A stretch of DNA of 14,991 nt from Candidatus Micrarchaeia archaeon (GCA_049964795.1 JBMFWY010000017.1:1-14991); one strand, 5' to 3'. Positions 7,684 through 14,824 are shown, counted from the first letter of the stretch. Numbers and translations: made by a program. Notes: generated from the letters alone by a model not told the origin.

Positions 7684-8313
7684 TTACCTTTTTGCGCTTA
7701 TTGTCAGCATGTGTGTTTCGCTTTCGTATCCGAGCGCGGTCCTGAATGCGTCCTTCTCCATTGTTATCGTACTATCTGAATACGGGTCGTTCATATAGAA
7801 TGCATCCTTGTCATACCCTTTTATAACTACCCAGTGAGGTGCAGGCTCAAGGTAAGGGTTTATCGCATTTGCATTGACAAGCACTATCGGCACCTTGCCT
7901 TTGCTCATCATTTTCTTTATCATATTTATAGTAACTTGCGCGTTTGTCTCTTTCACTTTTGCTTCTTTGACCTTTGTCTTTATCTCTTCAAATGAAGCCT
8001 TTAGCGCGTCAAGGTTAACTCCCTCATATACCGCAAGCTTTCTCTCATAGCCTTCATCTTTTGTATTGTTGCTGAATATCTCGACGTTGAGCCCTCTCTT
8101 CTTAAGTGCATATGCAAGTCCATACCTTGATCCGTGCCATATGCTGCCCATTACAGCCTCCTGCCATATCTTAAACTCGTCATTCTTCGTGGGTTTGTAC
8201 CCCTTTTTGAAATGCTTTAAAACCATTATTGCGCAAGCTGCAGAGCTTGTGAACTCCTCCGACTGCGGATAAGTCTGTATATCATAGTTTTTAGAATCTT
8301 TTACTGTGGCCAT
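7684..8313 (-). CDS. Peptidase C39-like (DUF3335-type) protein with Ser at the catalytic Cys position
   Basis: YPQSEEFTSSAACAIM aligns with the family motif YxQxxxFTCGPACxxM. Also E-x-x-IW, GLAYALKKRG, VPIVLV and PHWVVIKGYD-x4-MNDP (His and Asp present). GGTG RBS favours ATG 8313 over GTG 8322. Confidence 0.8.
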   Translation of the reverse strand: MATVKDSKNYDIQTYPQSEEFTSSAACAIMVLKHFKKGYKPTKNDEFKIWQEAVMGSIWHGSRYGLAYALKKRGLNVEIFSNNTKDEGYERKLAVYEGVNLDALKASFEEIKTKVKEAKVKETNAQVTINMIKKMMSKGKVPIVLVNANAINPYLEPAPHWVVIKGYDKDAFYMNDPYSDSTITMEKDAFRTALGYESETHMLTISAKR

Positions 8314-8393
8314 GCGGAACACCTTTTATACAAGCATAACGTGAAACAGGCACTTGAACCTTTTCGAAACCCAAGCGGGCATGAGGAAAAGCA

Positions 8394-8489
8394 TGCAGGG
8401 AGGGAGATGTGTTCGCTTTTTGAACTCCCGTAGGCCTAAGCCAACGGATCTTGAGTCCGTCGCGTTTGACCAGGCTCCGCCATCCCTGC
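8394..8489 (-). tRNA. trnL-CAA: tRNA-Leu(CAA) with an 11-nt intron (8409-8419) in the T-loop at position 58/59; CCA not encoded
   Basis: Minus strand reads GCAGGGA TG GCG GAGCCTGGTCAAA CGC G ACGGA CT-CAA-GA TCCGT, variable arm T GGC TTAG GCC TAC, T-arm GGGAG TTCAA[AAAGCGAACAC]AT CTCCC, then TCCCTGC and discriminator A. All stems pair. Confidence 0.95.
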
Positions 8490-8513
8490 ACGCTCTTTAT
8501 TATCAACAATCAA

Positions 8514-8523
8514 TTTAATAAAT
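8514..8523 (-). promoter_or_regulatory. TATA-like box for tRNA-Leu
   Basis: ATTTATTAAA on the minus strand, about 25-34 nt upstream of tRNA G1. A second BRE/TATA-like element (AAAAGTATAAATA) lies at 8578-8590. Confidence 0.5.
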
Positions 8524-8660
8524 CTCGCCGTGCAAAACACTGCTCTAGGCTCCGCTGCTATATTGAATCTTATTATATATTTATACTTTTGCCTGCTTTT
8601 ACTTTGCTCCAAAGCATTCGGCGAATTCTCTCACAGCAATCCGAATTGCTCATGCGTGCC

Positions 8661-9488
8661 TTATTTTGTATCGTCCAAATTTAGCTTTATGCGCTTGGTA
8701 TATGCTCTGCAAGCTTTTATCTCGACACTTTCGCCTTGCTGCACACTAACGCCTTTTCTGTTGTCGCCTACCCCATACAACCTAGCCTGCGCTTTTCTCC
8801 TTAACATTATACGTATGACTGAGCCAAAGGGCACAGTATATCTTAGGGCCTGCAGGTCCTTTTCGTCCTTTCCTTCCCTCCTAATATATGTAGGCAGTAT
8901 GTGGCATATCCCTATTTCATCTTTGCCTATTTTGGAAAATTTTCTGCTGTCAAAAACGTTTCCAGAGACAATTTTGTCTGGATATGAAAAGTAGCCTGTG
9001 GCGCCAGCACTTGCTGCAATTATTACTCCATCTCCTATTGCAAATTCCCTTATCATTTTTCTTGGTGTTTTAATCCTTAGCTCATACCTCAATGCATTGC
9101 TTTCAATGGCCCTCTGTAGGTACACGTCAGTAAAAGTCTCGCCCTTATCCAAATTTGCCATCTTAATGCAAAGTCTGCCGTAATTTTCTATCTTATATTC
9201 TCCGTTTTTAAGCGCCTCAAAAGCTTTTTGAAGCTCATTCAAATGCACTTCTGCCAAGACTCCTTTTGAACCCAATTCAGAATGTTTGCCTCTTCCAACA
9301 AAAAGAAGCGGAAGGTTTAATCTGCTTCCATAAAACCCAAAAGTGCCGTCGCCTCCTATCACTATCCCTGCTTCTGCGCCCTTTTTAACTAATTCAAGCT
9401 CCGACTTTTCCGCGATTCTTGCAACTTCCTTCATAGAGCTATGCATATTCTGCTCCGCAAGCAGCAATACCTTGCCTATCCTTTTCAT
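8661..9488 (-). CDS. NAD kinase-family protein (divergent)
   Basis: IVIGGDGT signature and GDGVIIAASAGATGY (compare DGxxxxTPxGSTAY). Typical size and two-domain layout with a beta-rich C-terminus. Confidence 0.8.
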   Translation of the reverse strand: MKRIGKVLLLAEQNMHSSMKEVARIAEKSELELVKKGAEAGIVIGGDGTFGFYGSRLNLPLLFVGRGKHSELGSKGVLAEVHLNELQKAFEALKNGEYKIENYGRLCIKMANLDKGETFTDVYLQRAIESNALRYELRIKTPRKMIREFAIGDGVIIAASAGATGYFSYPDKIVSGNVFDSRKFSKIGKDEIGICHILPTYIRREGKDEKDLQALRYTVPFGSVIRIMLRRKAQARLYGVGDNRKGVSVQQGESVEIKACRAYTKRIKLNLDDTK

Positions 9489-9638
9489 ACCTTATCACGA
9501 ATTTATTTTCCAAGTATCCAAGCAATTGCCATTCCTGCTTAGCATAAGAATCTTATGTGCTTTAATGCTTGCGGTGGAATAATTCCTGCTGTAAAGCCTG
9601 GCAATTTTCAAAACCTTTTTATTATTTGTTTAACTATC

Positions 9639-11678
9639 ATGAGATTGAAAGTGGGGGTTGAGACAGTGTCTGCTTCTGAACTTGAGGAGAAGATAAGGGC
9701 AAGCGAGGAGCTCGAGAACCTTCCTATGCTTGCCTCTCATATAAAGGTAATGCTTATCTCTGGGGCAAGCTTCTTTACAGATGCTTATGACCTATTTGTA
9801 ATAGGTATAATTCTTATAATGCTCAAGCCTATTTTTTCACTCTCAGCTTTTCAGCTTGGCATGCTTGCAAGCTCCGCATTATTTGGTGCCGTTATAGGGC
9901 CGTTGATATTTGGCACTGTCGGGGACAAGATAGGTAGAAAATACGCTTATTGGATAACAATGCTTATACTAATAATAGGAGCGCTAGGCTCAGCAACATC
10001 CGCGAATTTTATTTCCTTGTTTATTTGGCGATTCTTCTTGGGTATAGGAATAGGTGGTGACTATCCCCTAAGCTCTACAATAGTAGCCGAATATGCAAAT
10101 AAAAATGACAGGGGGAAGCTTATCTCTTCTACATTTGCAATGCAGGGATTCGGGATTATAGCGGGAATAGGAATTGCATTGCTGCTCCTTTCTGTAAATA
10201 TTCCAACTTCAATAATCTGGAGACTGCTGCTTGCATTTGGGGCTATCCCTGCCCTTTTGATTATATATGCAAGGACAAGGCTTTCAGAAACTCCTGCATA
10301 TAACATAGCCAAGGGCAAGATTTACTCTGCAAAATCTACCATTTCAAATCTAAAATACGGCGAACTCCATGCAGAAAGCAGCAATGAAAATGCAAAAAGG
10401 CAAAGGGCAATCTCTTTTATCGATTTCGTAAGAAAAAGATGGCAGATCGTAATAGGCACTTCTCTTTCTTGGTTTCTTATGGACATCTCCTATTACGGCA
10501 CTTCAATATTCACCCCTTATATCACTACTTTGATAGGGTTCAAGGGTGTTTTTGGCCCCACCGTTGCATCAGCAACCTTGCTGCTTTTTTCTGCGGTTCC
10601 TGGCTATTGGATTGCTGTCGCCTTGATAGATAAGGAAGGCCGCAAGCCTATGCAGGCAATAGGGTTTTTTGTTATAGGCATTGCATTTGTCGCATTGGCG
10701 ATCTTTGGCCAAGCCCTGCTTAGCAAATACCTGCTCCTTTTCTTTGTAGTATATGGAATAACCTTCCTATTCACGAATTACGGGCCAAATACCACTACCT
10801 ACGTCTATCCCGTTGAGCTCTATCCTACGGATCTGCGAGCGAGAGGTCACGGCATCGCAGCCCTAAGTGGCAAGTTTGGTGCAGCAATATCTGCGCTTTT
10901 CTTTCCTTTGATAATAGAGCAGATAGGAAAATTTGGCCTTTTGTTCATGCTAGGGTTGATTGCATTCATAGGGTTTGCCGTAACGGTGCTTTTCCTTCCC
11001 GAGACAAAAAAGAGATCACTGCTTGAAACATCGAAGGAGCTGGAGCTTTTTATGGTAGGTGAACTGCTCTACAGCGAGTTCACAAGCCTATCAAAGCATA
11101 TTAGGAAAGTTTCTGAGCTTCTTGCACAGGAAATAGAAGATAGCACGTTGCGGGAAGAGAATTTCAAAAAGATAAAAGAGGAGGAGCATCTTGCAGATTA
11201 CACGGTAAGAAAAATAATGTACTACCTTACAAATGTCAAATCCAATACAATTGCTTATACCGACATATCCCATCTGGCAGGGCGGCTAGACGACATAATT
11301 GACGCGGTTGAAGCTGTATCAGCAAGGATCCAAATTTATAAGGTAAAACCAACAAAGCTCATGAAAGACTTTTCCCTTACTATACTTTCCTCTTCTGAGA
11401 TTGTAAGCAGCGGAATAGTGCTTCTGAACAAGATACTCCAAAAAAGTTCAAGGCCCCAGGAAGTTTCAGAGCTGTACAAGCAGGTTTCGATACAGGAAAA
11501 CAAAGGCGATGACATATTAAGAGACTCGCTAAGAGAGATAATGCAGTTTAAAGACGCTAAGGAAATAATCAAATACAAGGAAATATACGAATTGCTGGAG
11601 TCTATCACTGATAGGTGCGTAGACGCAGTTGACGTGATAAGCGACATAGCCCTGAGATACTATAACAGTGTTAAGTGA
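9639..11678 (+). CDS. Pho84-like phosphate:H+ symporter (MFS, PHS family) fused to a C-terminal DUF47/PhoU-like domain
   Basis: PHS motifs FFTDAYDLF, GDKIGRK, GIGIGGDYPLSSTIVAEYA, RGKLISSTFAMQGFG, WFLMDISYYG, NYGPNTTTYVYPVELYPT, RARGHGIAALSGKFGA, LPETK. About 200 helical residues follow with DUF47 motifs. Start is ATG 9639 or GTG 9666 (GGGGGT RBS); 9555 is likely too far upstream. Confidence 0.9.
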   Translation: MRLKVGVETVSASELEEKIRASEELENLPMLASHIKVMLISGASFFTDAYDLFVIGIILIMLKPIFSLSAFQLGMLASSALFGAVIGPLIFGTVGDKIGRKYAYWITMLILIIGALGSATSANFISLFIWRFFLGIGIGGDYPLSSTIVAEYANKNDRGKLISSTFAMQGFGIIAGIGIALLLLSVNIPTSIIWRLLLAFGAIPALLIIYARTRLSETPAYNIAKGKIYSAKSTISNLKYGELHAESSNENAKRQRAISFIDFVRKRWQIVIGTSLSWFLMDISYYGTSIFTPYITTLIGFKGVFGPTVASATLLLFSAVPGYWIAVALIDKEGRKPMQAIGFFVIGIAFVALAIFGQALLSKYLLLFFVVYGITFLFTNYGPNTTTYVYPVELYPTDLRARGHGIAALSGKFGAAISALFFPLIIEQIGKFGLLFMLGLIAFIGFAVTVLFLPETKKRSLLETSKELELFMVGELLYSEFTSLSKHIRKVSELLAQEIEDSTLREENFKKIKEEEHLADYTVRKIMYYLTNVKSNTIAYTDISHLAGRLDDIIDAVEAVSARIQIYKVKPTKLMKDFSLTILSSSEIVSSGIVLLNKILQKSSRPQEVSELYKQVSIQENKGDDILRDSLREIMQFKDAKEIIKYKEIYELLESITDRCVDAVDVISDIALRYYNSVK

Positions 11679-11768
11679 CTGCATAGCGGAGCTTTGCCCT
11701 GATCTTCGCAACTTATTGAAACCTGCATAAGTAATAAAAAGATTAGATTCAAAAGATTCTCGGGTAAT

Positions 11769-13067
11769 ATGGTATCAACAAAGTCAAAAGATATCAGCAA
11801 AGCTGAAGTGTGGCATCTTTTCGAGGAAGCAAGTTCATTGTTTAACAAGGGAAACTATAGAGAGACTTTAAAATATCTACGTGAATTACTGCCTTGGGCC
11901 GAACATAATGCGGATAATCGCCTGCTAAGCATGTTGTACTTCATGAGTGGATTTTCACTGCTCAATGAAAGTAAGTTTGTAGCTGCATTTAAATATGCAA
12001 ACAAAGCCATTTCGCTATACGATCTGCCGATATTCCACGTGTTAAGAGGCTACGCCGAATATGAGCTCGGCGATATGAACGCCTCAATAGAAGACATCAC
12101 AAAGTATATAGATTCCGCAGGCGCGAAAGATGCGTTTGCATTCAAGGAAAGGGGCTGGGCATATCAGAATTTAGGTGAATGGTCTAAATCGGTAGCAGAT
12201 TTTGAAAAGGCAATGGAGCTTGGGGACAATTCTTCGGAATTGTTTCACTATTTGGCAATATCTCTGGCGAATTTAGAAAAAAATGAAAGCGCCATAGAAT
12301 ACTTCAAAAAAGCGCTATCACTCGATCCAAATTTTGAATACGCTTATTCACAAGAAGCGAAGACACTGCTTAAGGTTGGCAGGTTCGAAGAAGTAGTGGC
12401 ACTAGTAGAATCAGCAAGATCTCGTGGCATAGATAATGCAGATTTACATCTATCCAATGCTGTCGCATATATCGGCATAGGCAATTACGAAAAAGCAAGC
12501 GCCGAGCTGCTAACCGTAATGGTTCCTTCTGCAGATTTCGACTCGCAGGCTATAGAGCTGCTAGGCGAAATAGGCAATTACGTGGGAATAGCTCTAATAT
12601 ACATGAAATGGTCTAATCTATATCCCAATGCGCCTGGGTTCTACAAGCTTCAGGTGGAGGCCTTAACCAAGGCGATGCAGTTGATAGACGAGGATGAAGA
12701 TGCAGAATTATATAGCAACTTAGAAAATGAAATAGAAGAAATTTCAAGCAAATATATCAACGCCATGGACTCAGAAGAAGAAGCCTGGATCTCCTTTGAA
12801 GACTTCGGCAGCATAGCCAAAAGACTTAGAGGTTATTACAACGGCAATTCAGAAGAATTAGAAGAGGCCTTTGATTCATGCGAAAGGTTGATACATAAAT
12901 ACCCTGATATGCCAGGAGCATACAAAATAGAGTCCAGTATCATAATGAAATATATTAGTGAGCATCCCGGTATTATAAATGAAAAGCCGGAGCTGCTCGA
13001 GACCCTCCTCAGGAACGAATCAACAGCTACTTCACTGCTGGACGAAAATTCAAAAACAGCAGGCTAA
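11769..13067 (+). CDS. Tetratricopeptide repeat (TPR) protein with an acidic C-terminal region
   Basis: Tandem 34-aa TPR-like units, e.g. AFAFKERGWAYQNLGEWSKSVADFEKAMELGDNS and SELFHYLAISLANLEKNESAIEYFKKALSLDPNF. Confidence 0.88.
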   Translation: MVSTKSKDISKAEVWHLFEEASSLFNKGNYRETLKYLRELLPWAEHNADNRLLSMLYFMSGFSLLNESKFVAAFKYANKAISLYDLPIFHVLRGYAEYELGDMNASIEDITKYIDSAGAKDAFAFKERGWAYQNLGEWSKSVADFEKAMELGDNSSELFHYLAISLANLEKNESAIEYFKKALSLDPNFEYAYSQEAKTLLKVGRFEEVVALVESARSRGIDNADLHLSNAVAYIGIGNYEKASAELLTVMVPSADFDSQAIELLGEIGNYVGIALIYMKWSNLYPNAPGFYKLQVEALTKAMQLIDEDEDAELYSNLENEIEEISSKYINAMDSEEEAWISFEDFGSIAKRLRGYYNGNSEELEEAFDSCERLIHKYPDMPGAYKIESSIIMKYISEHPGIINEKPELLETLLRNESTATSLLDENSKTAG

Positions 13068-13079
13068 TAATTTACTGCT

Positions 13080-13604
13080 CTAACCTCTTTTTTTGACAAC
13101 TACTATCTTGTGCAGCTCAACCAAGTTTTCTTTCTCTGATTCCTCCGCCAATTCTTTTAGCCTGTCTTGCGGCAATGCGTTGCAGTGCTTTTTAAATTCC
13201 CTTTCAATAAAAGTTTTATCCACTACATACTTTACAAATTCTTTGTCTATTCCATTTTCCTTCATTTTCTCTATTACTTTTTCGAGATTTTCCTGCGGGA
13301 TGTAAAACTTTCCATATAGCGAAACTGAAAAATCGCCGAGCCTCAAAAATATATCCCCATTTTTTTCAGTAGCAAATCCCTTCGAAATAAGTTCTTTCCT
13401 GTTGCTTTCTAAATAATTCCTCAGCCTCTCTTCAATTTTTTCCTTCTCCTTCCAAAGGTCATTTATTCTATCCCTCAGTTCCGCACTCCTCGCTGCCATG
13501 TCCTCTATCGGCTTTTCTAAAGGGTCTTTCCTTAGGAAATCTTCAAGCTTAGTGCTGATTGTGTTATCATTAAATGCCTTCTTTTGCTTTTTGTAACTTA
13601 CCAT
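13080..13604 (-). CDS. Hypothetical charged protein with an N-terminal coiled coil
   Basis: GAGGTGA RBS just upstream of ATG 13604 (MVSYKKQKK...), 174 aa. Heptad region AELRDRINDLWKEKEKIEERLRNYL. Confidence 0.8.
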   Translation of the reverse strand: MVSYKKQKKAFNDNTISTKLEDFLRKDPLEKPIEDMAARSAELRDRINDLWKEKEKIEERLRNYLESNRKELISKGFATEKNGDIFLRLGDFSVSLYGKFYIPQENLEKVIEKMKENGIDKEFVKYVVDKTFIEREFKKHCNALPQDRLKELAEESEKENLVELHKIVVVKKRG

Positions 13605-13681
13605 TTGAATCACCTCAAATCCAGTTGCGACAAACACAATAACATAATACACAAATATGTAAAATACTTTTTAATCAATTT

Positions 13682-14581
13682 TTATAGCACCTCTCCAATT
13701 GCAAATATCCTGGGCATTCTGCTCCTGAGCAATACAAAAAAATCGCCTTTTGCCAATGGCACCTTTCTTACAAGTGAAAGAGATATAGTATTCGTTTTGC
13801 CGTCAAAACTTTTAACTTCGGCGTCGCAAGCAATAAAGTTTGATACCATTTCATATCTTCTGCCTTCAGCAATATCCTCGCCCCATACATCTGTAAGCTC
13901 GAGCTTCGCCGAGATCTCGTCAGTGCTTCCAATTTTTTCGGTTGAAAGAACATCTCCCTTATCTATTTCGTCATACTCTATGTTCTTCAGTGCAAGCCCT
14001 ACCCTCGTGCCTACGCCCGCCTTGTCTATGTCCACATCCTGGGATTGTATCGATCTTATAAAAACCTCCTTTCCTGAATTGTGGTATAATGTATCGTGAG
14101 CATGCACCACCCCATTTTTCACTAATCCTAAAGCAACAGTTCCTACGCCTTTAACCGGGAATACTTTGTCTATCAGCACTACTGTTTTCGTGTCATTCTC
14201 TGCAGAAATGCTTTTTGGCTGGTATCTTATAATTTTTTCAACAAGCATATCCCTCTCAGAAATCTCATGGTCTATTCCTTTTGCAAGCGCCCCAACATCG
14301 TTCTCTCCTGTAAATATGACCTTTTTCTTCAAGAGTTTTGCTGCTACTAGCACCTCCCCAAAAGCGGCGTCTACATTATTTGTGTTAAGTATAATTTGGT
14401 CTGCGAGCATCAATGTCTCTGCAACGCTATGGAACTTATCCTCTGGATTGGAAGGTACCAAGCAAACTATCGTATTGCCCTCTTCCTTCCTGTTGAAGAA
14501 TATTATCCCGTTCTCAGAGCCTTTCTTCCCTATGCTTTCAGCTATGCTCAGATCATACGGCACAGCCACAATATAATGCAT
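13682..14581 (-). CDS. Archaeal SelB/EF-Tu-like protein (aSelBL type) with a degenerate G domain
   Basis: N-terminal IGKKGSENGIIFFN...FGEVLVA resembles aSelBL proteins. EF-Tu domain II motifs IDKVFPVKGVGTVALG, IRSIQSQD, GTRVGLALKN, IDKGDVL; domain III ends PRIFAIG. AGGTG RBS favours ATG 14581. Confidence 0.85.
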   Translation of the reverse strand: MHYIVAVPYDLSIAESIGKKGSENGIIFFNRKEEGNTIVCLVPSNPEDKFHSVAETLMLADQIILNTNNVDAAFGEVLVAAKLLKKKVIFTGENDVGALAKGIDHEISERDMLVEKIIRYQPKSISAENDTKTVVLIDKVFPVKGVGTVALGLVKNGVVHAHDTLYHNSGKEVFIRSIQSQDVDIDKAGVGTRVGLALKNIEYDEIDKGDVLSTEKIGSTDEISAKLELTDVWGEDIAEGRRYEMVSNFIACDAEVKSFDGKTNTISLSLVRKVPLAKGDFFVLLRSRMPRIFAIGEVL

Positions 14582-14621
14582 TTTTACACCTGAGCTCAAA
14601 CGCTTTAATCGGTTAAGAACT

Positions 14622-14638
14622 AAAAGTTATAAATATAT
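14622..14638 (+). promoter_or_regulatory. BRE/TATA promoter for the small membrane peptide gene
   Basis: AAAAG-TTATAAATA about 45-55 nt upstream of ATG 14678. Confidence 0.5.
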
Positions 14639-14677
14639 AGATGCAGATAGATAAATTAGCGATCAGGGGTGGGTTCA

Positions 14678-14824
14678 ATGCTGGGATCTATTTGGGCGAT
14701 GAGCGATGTGGAATTTGCCTTTTTCTTGCTGTTTACTGGTCTGCTTGTAAGTATCATAATATATCTTGTAGCTTGCGGATTGCTATCAAAATTGAACAAT
14801 AAAGACAAGAAGTTCAAAAGATAG
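14678..14824 (+). CDS. Small single-TM membrane protein (48 aa, absent from the ORF track)
   Basis: MLGSIWAMSDVEFAFFLLFTGLLVSIIIYLVACGLLSKLNNKDKKFKR*. GGGGTGGG RBS, upstream TATA, one TM helix and a strongly basic tail. Confidence 0.6.
   Translation: MLGSIWAMSDVEFAFFLLFTGLLVSIIIYLVACGLLSKLNNKDKKFKR

Noticed and set aside
8345-8370. AGGTTCAAGTGCCT (minus strand) downstream of the tRNA resembles a T-arm fragment or att site
   Set aside because: The stem pairs poorly, it does not match the tRNA-Leu 3' end and no integrase is present. It is more likely the promoter region of the C39-like gene.
9555-9638. N-terminal extension of the transporter ORF (MCFNACGG...)
   Set aside because: It overlaps the likely BRE/TATA region and has no RBS. 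Starts at 9639 or 9666 fit better.
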